Below the pieces are notes generated by a model. The model worked only from the letters and a program-made list of their open reading frames with translations. It did no database searches and was not told the DNA's origin. From assembly GCA_046299555.1 (NCBI GenBank), contig JBKBHS010000004.1, forward strand, positions 52,056 through 116,055: a stretch of 64,000 bases of DNA, written 5' to 3'. Position numbers and translations under genes: made by a program. The stretch's first letter is position 1, and each line of letters begins with the position of its first letter. Origin of the DNA: Bacteroidia bacterium. Its GTDB lineage: Bacteria; Bacteroidota; Bacteroidia; JACCXN01. Of the stretch, positions 30,396-40,530 are shown one piece after another.

Positions 30396-30977
30396 TTAAC
30401 CTATAATTTTGTTTAATGATTGAATAACCGAAGCAATTCTTATTGCATCAAAAATTCTTTCTTCGCTGCTTCCTAAGTGAATGAGTGATTGTTCATGCGA
30501 TTTAACACATGCTTCGCACCCATTTACGGCTGATACTGCTAAGCTAACTAATTCAAAAAACTCTTTGCCAATAACTGGATTCATCATGATATTCATTTTA
30601 ATACGAGCGGGTAATTGTTCGTATTTTTCTTTAGCAGTAAAATGTCTGAATCGATACAGCACATTGTTGGCTGCCAGTAATGAAGCGCAGGCTGCGGTTT
30701 CAGCTAAATCTCCTAAAGTTGCATCTTTTTCTTTTGCAATCTCAGTAAAACTTTTTTGTAAATTTTTATGAGATGCATTCACTGCTATTGCATACGCAAG
30801 TAATGCAGTTTCTTTTTCTGTTAAATATTCCGATTGCAATACATTTTTTAAATTAATACGTAAATCTTTTAAATAGCGATTTTCAGTATCATTTAATTGT
30901 TGCATTGGAATACTATATCCTTCATCTACCGCAATGTTTAAATCGCTCAGTAAATCATTTAATGTTTCAGTAATCAT
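30396..30977 (-). CDS. ahpD: Alkylhydroperoxidase AhpD / carboxymuconolactone decarboxylase family
   Basis: ELVSLAVSAVNGCEACVKSHE (CxxC..H); NNVLYRFRH; ATG at 30977. Confidence 0.88.
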   Translation of the reverse strand: MITETLNDLLSDLNIAVDEGYSIPMQQLNDTENRYLKDLRINLKNVLQSEYLTEKETALLAYAIAVNASHKNLQKSFTEIAKEKDATLGDLAETAACASLLAANNVLYRFRHFTAKEKYEQLPARIKMNIMMNPVIGKEFFELVSLAVSAVNGCEACVKSHEQSLIHLGSSEERIFDAIRIASVIQSLNKIIG

Positions 30978-30982
30978 AATTT

Positions 30983-31537
30983 TTAAATTTTTATAGTTTC
31001 TTTTCCTTTTTCCCAATTACATGGACATAATTCGTCAGTTTGTAATGCATCTAATACGCGAATAACTTCTTTTACATTTCTGCCAACATTTAAATCATAC
31101 ACGCTTACCCATCTTATAACTCCTTCCGGATCTACAATAAAGGTTGCTCTGTAGGCAACTTTTTCATTTGCCTCTAATATCCCTAATTCTTCAGCTAATG
31201 ATTTAGATGTGTCCGCCAGCATTGGAAACTTTAATGTTTTTAAATCTGCATGATTATTTCTCCATGCTAAGTGCACAAATTCGCTATCGGTTGAAGCTCC
31301 TATTAATACAGCATCTCTGTCTCTGAATTCTTCAAAATTTTTATTGAATTCGGCAATTTCGGTTGGACAAACAAAGGTGAAGTCTTTTGGCCACCAAAAC
31401 ATTACCATCCATTTGTTTTCATTTAAATGAATATTATTGGTAATGGTTGTAAATTCTTTACCTTGTTCAAGACTTACAACCGCTGTTTTTGAAAATTGAG
31501 GGAATTTTTCTCCCACATTTAATACTCTGTTTTTCAT
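30983..31537 (-). CDS. ahpC: 2-Cys peroxiredoxin AhpC
   Basis: FWWPKDFTFVCPTE, ALQTDELCPCNW. Confidence 0.93.
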   Translation of the reverse strand: MKNRVLNVGEKFPQFSKTAVVSLEQGKEFTTITNNIHLNENKWMVMFWWPKDFTFVCPTEIAEFNKNFEEFRDRDAVLIGASTDSEFVHLAWRNNHADLKTLKFPMLADTSKSLAEELGILEANEKVAYRATFIVDPEGVIRWVSVYDLNVGRNVKEVIRVLDALQTDELCPCNWEKGKETIKI

Positions 31538-31546
31538 AATAAATAG

Positions 31547-31602
31547 TTATTAATTGTTAGTTATTAGTTATTAGTTATTAGTTATTGGTTATTGGTTATT
31601 AA
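31547..31602. repeat. Heptamer tandem repeat, 8 units (consensus TTATTAG)
   Basis: TTATTAA TTGTTAG TTATTAG TTATTAG TTATTAG TTATTGG TTATTGG TTATTAA; the last unit overlaps the dps stop codon. Confidence 0.9.
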
Positions 31603-32069
31603 GATAAAAAAGCGCGCAACATCCAAAGTGTTTTTTCATGTTCTTTAATATAATCACTCATGAGTGAATTTGTGCCTTCATCATCAAGTTCATTACTTAA
31701 GTTAAGTAAGTCTCGCTCTTTTTTTAGAAGTATAGTTAAATTATCTAAAATAAGCTCTACACTTTTATTCGCTTCACTTATATTTTTCGCTTCTTTTATT
31801 TCAGCTTGTTTTACATAATCTGTAAAGGAGTGCAATGGCTTATGTCCAAGAGTAAGGATTCGCTCTGCTATTTCATCTATTTTTAAAAGCGCATCATTAT
31901 AAAACTCTTCAAATTTGGTGTGTAACTCGAAAAATTTAGGTCCTTTAATATTCCAATGTAAACCTCTAAGATTTTGATAAAATATCTGATAGTTTGCTAA
32001 TAAGTCGTTTAAATTTGTTGTAAGCATTAATTTAGCCTTATCTGATTTATTTTCTTTAGTTGCTCTCAT
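31599..32069 (-). CDS. dps: DNA starvation/stationary phase protection protein
   Basis: LRGLHWNIKGPKFFELHTKFEE, IDEIAERILTLG, EKTLWML. Confidence 0.95.
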   Translation of the reverse strand: MRATKENKSDKAKLMLTTNLNDLLANYQIFYQNLRGLHWNIKGPKFFELHTKFEEFYNDALLKIDEIAERILTLGHKPLHSFTDYVKQAEIKEAKNISEANKSVELILDNLTILLKKERDLLNLSNELDDEGTNSLMSDYIKEHEKTLWMLRAFLS

Positions 32070-32168
32070 AATTTTGGGTTTTTAAAATTTCACACTGCAA
32101 ATTTCAGTTAGGTTTAATTATAAATCAAACTGATAATTTCTATATTTGCATAAATAAAATCTATAAAT

Positions 32169-33101
32169 ATGAATTTGCAACAACTTGAATATATCATAGC
32201 AGTTGATACTTATCGTCATTTTGCTACAGCTGCAGAAAAGAGTTTTGTTACACAGCCAACATTAAGTATGATGATACAAAAACTCGAAGACGAATTAAAT
32301 GTAAAAATATTCGACAGAAGCAAACAGCCTGTTGTTCCAACATTAGTTGGTGAGCAAATTATAAATCAAGCAAGAAAAGTTTTGTACGAAGCAAAAAAAA
32401 TTAAGGAAATAGCTAATAGTGATACACAGGTTATTTCGGGTGAATTTAAGTTAGCTATTATACCTACCCTTGCACCTTATTTATTGCCACTATTTGTAAA
32501 AAAGTTCATTAAGAAATATACTTTAGTTAAGTTAATTGTTTCAGAAATGGTAACTGAACAAATAATTGAAAATCTTAAAAAAGGAAATATTGATGCTGGT
32601 CTTTTAGTTACACCATTAAATGAAGCAAGCATATATGAGTTGCCACTGTTTTATGAGCCTTTTTGGGCCTATGTTTCGGATAAAGATAAATTATACAATA
32701 AAAAGTATGTTTTACCTTCTGAAATTAATCCGGATGATTTATGGTTGCTTGAAGAAGGCCATTGTTTTAGAACTCAGATTTTAAATTTATGTGAATTAAA
32801 AAAGCAAAGTGATAATGCTCAGTTTGAATATGCAGCAGGTAGTATTGAAACGCTTATAAAACTTGTTAATCAAGAAAGTGGAATTACCATTATACCAGAA
32901 CTTGCTACACTCGATATGACTGCCAAACAAAAAAAACATTTGAGAGAGTTTAAAGCCCCTGTTCCGGTTCGCGAAGTAAGTTTAGTAATGCATCGTTATT
33001 ATCATAAAGAAAATATTATAAAAGCAATGAGTAAAGAGATTAAAGCCTCTGTTCCTGAAAATATGCTTCAAAATACTAAAAAGAAAATAGTAGAAATTTA
33101 G
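32169..33101 (+). CDS. oxyR: Hydrogen peroxide-inducible LysR regulator
   Basis: LysR HTH (FVTQPTLSMMIQKLE), LLEEGHCFR with conserved Cys; divergent from dps-ahpC-ahpD; TATATTTG at 32141-32148. Confidence 0.9.
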   Translation: MNLQQLEYIIAVDTYRHFATAAEKSFVTQPTLSMMIQKLEDELNVKIFDRSKQPVVPTLVGEQIINQARKVLYEAKKIKEIANSDTQVISGEFKLAIIPTLAPYLLPLFVKKFIKKYTLVKLIVSEMVTEQIIENLKKGNIDAGLLVTPLNEASIYELPLFYEPFWAYVSDKDKLYNKKYVLPSEINPDDLWLLEEGHCFRTQILNLCELKKQSDNAQFEYAAGSIETLIKLVNQESGITIIPELATLDMTAKQKKHLREFKAPVPVREVSLVMHRYYHKENIIKAMSKEIKASVPENMLQNTKKKIVEI

Positions 33102-33108
33102 TAAGATA

Positions 33109-33435
33109 TTATTTTAGTTTTTCATTGTTTAAATGCCTATCAGCATCTCTTTTTGTTTTTTTATCCAAATTTTTTTTAAGGGCTTCTGTTAAATTAACTC
33201 CCGTTTGATTAGCCAGACAAATTAATACAAATAATACATCGGCAAGTTCATCGGCCAATTCTTTTTCTCTATCAGAATACTTAAAAGATTGTTCTCCGTA
33301 TTTACGAGCAATAATTCTTGCAACTTCTCCAACTTCTTCTGTTAGAATGGCCATATTTGTAAGTTCGTTATAGTATCTTACACCTACAGTTTTTATCCAA
33401 TTATCAACGGTTTTTTGAGCTTCATCTAACGTCAT
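33109..33435 (-). CDS. MazG-like nucleotide pyrophosphohydrolase
   Basis: LTEEVGEVAR, ELADELADVLFVL. Confidence 0.9.
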   Translation of the reverse strand: MTLDEAQKTVDNWIKTVGVRYYNELTNMAILTEEVGEVARIIARKYGEQSFKYSDREKELADELADVLFVLICLANQTGVNLTEALKKNLDKKTKRDADRHLNNEKLK

Positions 33436-33533
33436 AATTTTTATGTCTTTATAATTAATACGAAAGTATGTTTTTTTAATCTAACTGTGGTAAATATAGT
33501 TATTTTTGCCCCGTATTATAAAAGATTTCAGTA

Positions 33534-34769
33534 ATGAGTAATTTAAAAGATTTAATATCAAAATTTGAAAATAAACAACCCGAAGTAGTATTTGAATGGT
33601 CTGATCCGGAAACCGAAGCAACCGGTTGGGTGGTTATAAATTCATTAAGAGGAGGAGCAGCTGGTGGTGGTACAAGAATGCGTAAAGGACTTGATAAACG
33701 TGAAGTTGAATCTTTAGCCAAAACTATGGAGGTTAAATTTACTGTATCAGGTCCTGCTATTGGAGGAGCCAAATCAGGAATTAATTTCGATCCTCAAGAT
33801 CCAAGAAAAGCAGGCGTATTAAAACGCTGGTATAAAACTGTTATGCCTTTGCTTAAAAATTATTATGGTACAGGTGGAGATTTAAATGTTGATGAAGTTC
33901 ATGAAGTAATTCCTATTACTTCAGAATTTGGTTTGCTGCATCCGCAAGAAGGTGTTGTAAATGGACATTTTAAAGCAAACGAAGCAAGCAAGAAAAAAAG
34001 AATAGAGCAATTACAAATTGGAGTTTCTAAACATGTAATTGATAAAAAATATACTCCTGCACCAGAAAAGAAAATTGTAGTAGCAGATTTTATTACCGGC
34101 TATGGCGTTGCAGAAGCTGTACGTCATTATTACACAATTTATGGAAAACAAATAGAAGGTAAAAGAGCAATCATTCAGGGGTGGGGCAATGTTGCATCTG
34201 CAGCCGCATATTATTTAGCTCAAATGGGTGTAAAAGTAGTAGGCATTATCGATAGAGTGGGAGGACTAATAAATGAAAATGGTTATTCATATAAAGAAGT
34301 GAAAGAATTATTTTTAAATAAAAATGGCAATGCTTTAAATGCTCCTAACATGCTTTCTTTTGATGAAGTAAATTCAAAAATATGGGATGTTAAAGCAGAT
34401 ATTTTTATTCCTGCAGCGGCTTCGCGATTAATTACCAAAGATCAGGTTGATAGAATGATTAATGCAGGTGTTGAAGTAATTTCATGTGGTGCAAATGTGC
34501 CATTTGCCGATAATGAAATTTTTATGGGTCCAATTTCCGAGTATTGTGATAACCATATCAGTGTAATACCCGATTTTATAGCTAATTGCGGAATGGCACG
34601 CGTATTTGCCTATTTAATGCAAGAAAATATTGAATTAACGGATGAAGCAATTTTTTCTGATGTTTCAAATGTGATATGTAATGCTATTAAAAAAATACAC
34701 TCAGAGAATCCATCTGAAAATAGAATATCACAAACAGCTTTAAAATTAGCTTTAACTCAATTAGTTTAA
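33534..34769 (+). CDS. Glu/Leu/Phe/Val dehydrogenase family protein
   Basis: GGAAGGGTRM, GGAKSGI, QGWGNVA Rossmann motif, CGANVPF, PDFIANCG. Confidence 0.9.
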   Translation: MSNLKDLISKFENKQPEVVFEWSDPETEATGWVVINSLRGGAAGGGTRMRKGLDKREVESLAKTMEVKFTVSGPAIGGAKSGINFDPQDPRKAGVLKRWYKTVMPLLKNYYGTGGDLNVDEVHEVIPITSEFGLLHPQEGVVNGHFKANEASKKKRIEQLQIGVSKHVIDKKYTPAPEKKIVVADFITGYGVAEAVRHYYTIYGKQIEGKRAIIQGWGNVASAAAYYLAQMGVKVVGIIDRVGGLINENGYSYKEVKELFLNKNGNALNAPNMLSFDEVNSKIWDVKADIFIPAAASRLITKDQVDRMINAGVEVISCGANVPFADNEIFMGPISEYCDNHISVIPDFIANCGMARVFAYLMQENIELTDEAIFSDVSNVICNAIKKIHSENPSENRISQTALKLALTQLV

Positions 34770-34776
34770 TAGAATT

Positions 34777-35880
34777 ATGACAATAAAGGAAATTTTAGCA
34801 CTTGAATATTTTGGAAATACTATTGCCGACTATGCATGGTTGCTTGGCGCCATATTTTTTGTATTTATTTTTCAAAAATACATATCACGTTATTTATCAA
34901 ACATTTTATATCGTTCTCTTAAAAGATATGTCGAAGAAATTAGTCGTGAAGAGCTTTTCAATTTAATTTATAAACCACTACGCCTTACCATACATTTACT
35001 GGTAATTTATGTTGCTTCTACTCATATAGAGTTTCCTGAAGAATGGAATTTAGCCCCTGTTGAAAAATTTGGGCTTAGGATGTTTATTCAACGAACTTAT
35101 TTGTTTGTTTTAATTATTTCAATTACTTGGATTTTCTTACGATTGGTTGATTTTGCCGGTTTGGTAATGATGAAAAAAGCCGAAAAAACCGATAGTAAAC
35201 AAGATGATCAGATTGTATTATTTTTAAGAGAAATATTAAAAATATTAGTAGTAGGCTTTTCATTTTTTGTGGTTTTAGGAGTTGTTTTTAAATTAGATAT
35301 TGGTGCCATAGTAGCTGGATTAGGAGTTGGAGGATTAGCATTGGCTTTAGCCGCAAAAGAAAGTTTAGAAAATTTATTAGCATCATTTACCATTTTTGCC
35401 GATAAACCATTCGTAGTTGGTGATTTGGTTCAGGTAGGGTCAATAATAGGTACCGTAGAAAAAGTGGGATTTAGAAGTACTCGAATCAGAACATTAGAGA
35501 AAAGCTATCTGACTTTACCCAATAAAAAAATGGTAGATGCAGAATTAGATAATCTTTCATTAAGAACGTTTAGAAGAGCGCGCTTTAAAATAGGAATAGT
35601 TTATCAATCATCGCAAGAACAAATTTTGGCTATTGTAAAAGATATTCAACAATATATTGATGATCACCCTCGAACAAACCAAGACGGTAAAGTAAGGTTT
35701 GTTGAATTTGGCGATTCAGCACTCGAAATAATGGTAGAATATTTTGTAGATACAATGGATTGGCTTGTTTTTCTTGATGTTAAACAAGAAATAAACCTAA
35801 AAATTATGGAAATCGTAAAGAATCACGGAAGTGATTTTGCTTATCCAACAACTACTGTATATTTGCAAAACACTAATTAA
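34777..35880 (+). CDS. mscS: Small-conductance mechanosensitive channel MscS family
   Basis: AGLGVGGLALALAAKE, DKPFVVGD, VEKVGFRSTRIRT, DFAYPT. Confidence 0.9.
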   Translation: MTIKEILALEYFGNTIADYAWLLGAIFFVFIFQKYISRYLSNILYRSLKRYVEEISREELFNLIYKPLRLTIHLLVIYVASTHIEFPEEWNLAPVEKFGLRMFIQRTYLFVLIISITWIFLRLVDFAGLVMMKKAEKTDSKQDDQIVLFLREILKILVVGFSFFVVLGVVFKLDIGAIVAGLGVGGLALALAAKESLENLLASFTIFADKPFVVGDLVQVGSIIGTVEKVGFRSTRIRTLEKSYLTLPNKKMVDAELDNLSLRTFRRARFKIGIVYQSSQEQILAIVKDIQQYIDDHPRTNQDGKVRFVEFGDSALEIMVEYFVDTMDWLVFLDVKQEINLKIMEIVKNHGSDFAYPTTTVYLQNTN

Positions 35881-35889
35881 ACTCTTTTT

Positions 35890-37188
35890 ATGATAGAATT
35901 AATCATTGCCACCTTTGTAATAGGTTATTTAGCAATTGCTTTAGAACATCCTATTCATATTAATAAAGCTGCATCGGCATTAATTACAGGTGTATTATGT
36001 TGGACAATATATATCATGATGGGCAATCATTCTGACCCTCATGAAGTTGTTGGTCAGTTAGAACATTTTATCAGTGAAGTTGCCAGTATTTTATTCTTCC
36101 TTTTAGGTGCAATGACAATAGTAGAATTGGTAGATGCGCATGAAGGTTTTAAAGTAATTACAGATAAAATAACAACTACAAGTAAAGTAAAACTACTTTG
36201 GATAATAAGCTTTGTAGCCTTCTTTTTCTCTGCAGTATTAGATAATTTAACTACCTCTATCGTAATGGTGTCGTTATTACGAAAACTAATTGATGATAAA
36301 CACGACCGAATGTTTTTTGCCGGGATGGTGGTAGTTGCTGCAAATGCCGGTGGAGCATGGTCGCCTATTGGAGATGTTACAACCACCATGCTTTGGATAG
36401 GAGGTCAAATTACTGCCGGAAATATTGTTGCAACATTAATTATACCAAGTATTGTATGTTTAATGGCCCCATTAATAATTTTATCATTTACATTAAAAGG
36501 CGAAGTAACAAGGCCGAGCGAAGTAGTAAAAACTGGTCATCATTCTGCTAAGGTAAATTCTACCGAAAGAAATATTGTATTCTATACCGGATTAGGTGGA
36601 TTATTGTTTGTGCCAATTTTTAAAACAGTAACTCATTTACCACCATTTATGGGTATGTTATTCAGTCTTGGAGTTCTTTGGGTTTTAACCGAGTTGCTAC
36701 ATAAAAGCAAAAACGATGAAGATAAAGAAGCAGCCACTGTAGTTGGAGTTATTAGAAGAATTGACACTCCAAGTGTATTATTTTTCTTAGGAATTTTGGT
36801 AGCAATTGGTTCATTACAAGCAACAGGTGTATTATCTAATTTAGCTCAAACATTAGATGAAACAATTGGCAATCAAAATTTAATTGTTTTAGCTATTGGT
36901 TTATTATCATCTGTAGTAGATAATGTTCCCTTGGTTGCAGCTGCAATGAAAATGTATTCATTAGAGCAATTTCCGCAAGATGATCCATTTTGGGAATTCC
37001 TTGCTTATGCAGCCGGAACCGGTGGTAGCTGTTTAATTATAGGTTCAGCAGCCGGTGTTGCTGTAATGGGTATGGAAAAAATAGACTTTTTCTGGTACCT
37101 TAAGAAAATAGGCTTATTAGCATTAGTTGGCTATTTAGCCGGAGCTGGAGTTTATCTTTTAACTTATCCATTTTTTGCCATTCATTAA
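35890..37188 (+). CDS. nhaD: Na+/H+ antiporter NhaD
   Basis: SAVLDNLTT, ANAGGAWSPIGDVTT, SVVDNVPLVAA, AGTGGSCLIIGSAAGV. Confidence 0.9.
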   Translation: MIELIIATFVIGYLAIALEHPIHINKAASALITGVLCWTIYIMMGNHSDPHEVVGQLEHFISEVASILFFLLGAMTIVELVDAHEGFKVITDKITTTSKVKLLWIISFVAFFFSAVLDNLTTSIVMVSLLRKLIDDKHDRMFFAGMVVVAANAGGAWSPIGDVTTTMLWIGGQITAGNIVATLIIPSIVCLMAPLIILSFTLKGEVTRPSEVVKTGHHSAKVNSTERNIVFYTGLGGLLFVPIFKTVTHLPPFMGMLFSLGVLWVLTELLHKSKNDEDKEAATVVGVIRRIDTPSVLFFLGILVAIGSLQATGVLSNLAQTLDETIGNQNLIVLAIGLLSSVVDNVPLVAAAMKMYSLEQFPQDDPFWEFLAYAAGTGGSCLIIGSAAGVAVMGMEKIDFFWYLKKIGLLALVGYLAGAGVYLLTYPFFAIH

Positions 37189-37292
37189 AAATTAAACAAT
37201 ATAACTAACAATCTTCTGTTTATAAATGTAAAGCTAAGTACTTAAATTAGCCTTGCTTTAATTTTAATTTCGCAGCAAACAAGATAGATTGT

Positions 37293-37994
37293 ATGTTAAA
37301 AATTCCTTTATTACAAGTTACAGTTGGCTCTGAATCGGTTACTGAGGTAGCCGAAACATTACCCAAAGAAGAAACCTTATCCATATTAGAGTTATTTCTT
37401 GGGGGCGGTTTATATATTATGATACCGCTTACCATCATGTCAATTATAGCCGTTTATATATTTATTGAAAGATATTTAGCTATTCAACGCGCTTCAAAGA
37501 GCGATAATAATTTTATAAATGCAATAAAAGATTTTATTCATGAAGGGAAAATAGACGCTGCCAAAGCATTATGCAAATCTACCGATTCTCCTACTGCCCG
37601 AATGATTGAAAAAGGTATTTCTCGTTTGGGAAAACCATTAAGTGATATTAGTACGGCAATAGAAAATATCGGAAAACTTGAAATTAATAAATTAGAAAAA
37701 TCCATTAATACCCTTGCAACCATTGCCGGAGCAGCACCGATGATTGGATTTTTAGGTACGGTAATTGGGATGATAATTACATTTCATCAAATGAATATTG
37801 GCGGAAATGGTGTTGAAATTAGCCAACTATCAGGAGGAATTATGATGGCTATGGTTACAACGGTTGCCGGATTGATAGTTGGTATTATTGCTTATGTGGG
37901 ATATAATATTTTAGTAGCTAAAGTTGAAAAAGTGGTGCATAAATTAGAAGCTACATCAATTGAGTTTATGGACTTATTACAAGAACCTGCATAA
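37293..37994 (+). CDS. exbB: MotA/TolQ/ExbB proton channel protein
   Basis: LATIAGAAPMIGFLGTVIGM, AMVTTVAGL. Confidence 0.9.
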   Translation: MLKIPLLQVTVGSESVTEVAETLPKEETLSILELFLGGGLYIMIPLTIMSIIAVYIFIERYLAIQRASKSDNNFINAIKDFIHEGKIDAAKALCKSTDSPTARMIEKGISRLGKPLSDISTAIENIGKLEINKLEKSINTLATIAGAAPMIGFLGTVIGMIITFHQMNIGGNGVEISQLSGGIMMAMVTTVAGLIVGIIAYVGYNILVAKVEKVVHKLEATSIEFMDLLQEPA

Positions 37995-38386
37995 TGGCAC
38001 TAAAATCACGAAATAAAGTTAGTGTAGCGTTTCGCATGGCATCCATGACGGATATCGTGTTTTTGCTTTTGATATTCTTTATTATTGTTTCAACTTTTGT
38101 AAGCCCTTATGCCTTAAACGTAAATTTGCCAACAAGCAACAATAAATCAACCGAAAAGGCAAGTGTATCTGTTACTATTAAGCCTGATTTAACACATTAT
38201 ATAGATGGTAAACAAGTGGATGTAAATGACCTGGAACCTCTACTGATTAGTGCTTTGCAAAATAAACCCAAGCCACAAATCGTTTTATTTGCTGATGAAT
38301 CGGTTCCAACAGGAGTAACTGTAAAAATTTTAGATATTGCCAATAGAAATAAATTTGGAATCGTTTTGGCTACAAAGCCACAATAA
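37994..38386 (+). CDS. exbD: Biopolymer transport protein ExbD
   Basis: SMTDIVFLLLIFF, VNLP, ADESV. Confidence 0.9.
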   Translation: MALKSRNKVSVAFRMASMTDIVFLLLIFFIIVSTFVSPYALNVNLPTSNNKSTEKASVSVTIKPDLTHYIDGKQVDVNDLEPLLISALQNKPKPQIVLFADESVPTGVTVKILDIANRNKFGIVLATKPQ

Positions 38387-39154
38387 ATGGAAATAATAAA
38401 AGATAAAGATAGTCGTTGGGGATTGATTGGTACTATTGCCTTTCATCTTATTCTTTTATTATTATTTATTTTCTTTGGCTTAAAAACTCCCGTACCTATT
38501 CCAACTCAAAGTATTCTTATAAATTTTGGGACTAGCAATGATGGAGCAGGAGAAATACAACCAGAAAATTTTAATCCTCAGCCATCCAACGAAAATACTC
38601 CTGAGCCGGTTACTAATCCCCAAAACAACGCAACAAGCGTAAATGAAGTGGCCACAAGTGATAATGCTGAATCAATAAAAATAAATAAGAATAAACAGAC
38701 AGAAAAGGTTACAGAAGAAGTAAAAGAAGAACCTAAAGTAAATGAAAAAGCACTTTTTCCTGCCAATAAAAATAAAGGTGGTGGTTCTTCAGGAGAAGGC
38801 GAAACCGGAAATCCCGGAGATCAGGGAGATCCATTAGGAGATAAAAATGCAAAAAGCCATTTCGGTAATACAACTGGAGGAGGCGATAGTTATTCATTAG
38901 GTAATAGAAAAGCATTAAGTAAACCTAAGCCGGTTTACGATTGTAAAGAACAAGGCAAAGTTGTTGTTGAAATTTTTGTTGATCAGCAAGGTAATGTGGT
39001 AAAAGTAAATGCTGGGGTTAGAGGAACAACCAACTCCGCTCCATGTCTTGTAAGCAGAGCAGAAGAAGCGGCTCGCAAAACAAAATGGGAGCCGGATAGT
39101 GATGCTCAAGAATTACAAAGAGGTTTTATTACCTATAATTTTGAATTAAAATAA
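38387..39154 (+). CDS. tonB: TonB-like energy transducer
   Basis: N-terminal TM with IAFH, Pro/Glu-rich linker, C-terminal GKVVVEIFVDQQGNV; follows exbBD. Confidence 0.78.
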   Translation: MEIIKDKDSRWGLIGTIAFHLILLLLFIFFGLKTPVPIPTQSILINFGTSNDGAGEIQPENFNPQPSNENTPEPVTNPQNNATSVNEVATSDNAESIKINKNKQTEKVTEEVKEEPKVNEKALFPANKNKGGGSSGEGETGNPGDQGDPLGDKNAKSHFGNTTGGGDSYSLGNRKALSKPKPVYDCKEQGKVVVEIFVDQQGNVVKVNAGVRGTTNSAPCLVSRAEEAARKTKWEPDSDAQELQRGFITYNFELK

Positions 39155-40446
39155 TGAACTATCAGCAGGCACTCGACTATATGTTTAGTCAGTTGCCCAT
39201 GTTTCAACGAACAGGACCGGCAGCCTACAAACCTGATTTAGGGAATACTATTTCAATTTGTAATATATTACAAAATCCACAAAATAAATTTATCTCAATA
39301 CATGTAGCCGGCACCAATGGCAAAGGTTCTACTTCACATATGCTTGCCTCAATTTTTCAAGAAGCAGGCTATAAAACAGGGCTTTATACCTCTCCTCACT
39401 TAAAAGATTTTAGAGAGCGAATTAAAATTAATGGTCAAATGATTTCGCAATCATTTGTTGCCGATTTTATTTCAAAATATCACAACGAATTTAATAAAAT
39501 TGAGCCCTCTTTTTTTGAAATGACTGTTGGTTTAGCTTTTGATTACTTTGCAAATGAAAAAGTAGATATTGCAATAATAGAAGTTGGATTAGGAGGCCGA
39601 TTGGATTCAACCAATGTTATAACACCAATTTTATCGGTAATTACTAATATAAGTTTCGATCATGTTATTTTGTTAGGTGATACCCTTCCGAAAATTGCTT
39701 CTGAAAAAGCAGGTATTATAAAGCATGGAATTCCAGTTGTAATTGGCGAAACTAATAATCAAACAAAAGAAGTATTTATTCAAAAAGCTAATCTGGAAAA
39801 AAGTCAAATTTATTTTGCAGATAAAAATTTTACCATAAAGAATATTTCTGAATATAATCCCCTTCAAAATTATTTTCAGGCTGATATTTATAAAGGAAAT
39901 GATTTAGTGTTCGAAAAATTAAAGTGTGGATTAATAGGACAATATCAATATAAAAATATTTTAACCGTAATACAGGCCGTTGATTTATTAAAAGAGAAGT
40001 TTAAAATAGAAGAAAAACATATTAGAAACGGTATATTTAAAGTAGTTGAAAATACAGGATTATTAGGTAGATGGCAAGTTTTAAATAAGCAACCGCTTGC
40101 TATTTGCGATACAGGACACAACGAAGCCGGAATAACTTATGTAATTAATCAAATAAACAAAACAACACATCAACATTTGCACTTTGTGTTAGGGCTTGTA
40201 AATGATAAAGATATTGATAAAATTTTAACATTATTGCCCAAACAAGCTATCTATTACTTTTGTAAAGCAAATATACCAAGAGCATTATCTGAAGAAATTC
40301 TTAAAGAAAAAGCAACAGCATTGGGCTTAAATGGACATACATACAATTCAGTAAATGAAGCTTATCAAAAAGCTTTAAAAAATGCAGGTAAAAACGATTT
40401 AATTTTTGTTGGAGGAAGCACTTTTGTTGTAGCAGAAGTAGTTTAA
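39154..40446 (+). CDS. folC: Bifunctional folylpolyglutamate synthase/dihydrofolate synthase
   Basis: IHVAGTNGKGST, YTSPHL, EVGLGGRLDSTN, CDTGHN, GGSTFVVAE. Confidence 0.95.
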   Translation: MNYQQALDYMFSQLPMFQRTGPAAYKPDLGNTISICNILQNPQNKFISIHVAGTNGKGSTSHMLASIFQEAGYKTGLYTSPHLKDFRERIKINGQMISQSFVADFISKYHNEFNKIEPSFFEMTVGLAFDYFANEKVDIAIIEVGLGGRLDSTNVITPILSVITNISFDHVILLGDTLPKIASEKAGIIKHGIPVVIGETNNQTKEVFIQKANLEKSQIYFADKNFTIKNISEYNPLQNYFQADIYKGNDLVFEKLKCGLIGQYQYKNILTVIQAVDLLKEKFKIEEKHIRNGIFKVVENTGLLGRWQVLNKQPLAICDTGHNEAGITYVINQINKTTHQHLHFVLGLVNDKDIDKILTLLPKQAIYYFCKANIPRALSEEILKEKATALGLNGHTYNSVNEAYQKALKNAGKNDLIFVGGSTFVVAEVV

Positions 40447-40530
40447 ATAATAACAAGGCATTTAATTACAAATGCTTCATTTTCAGAAAACAATTTTGTA
40501 ATTTTGATTGTTTCACATAAAAATCCAACT

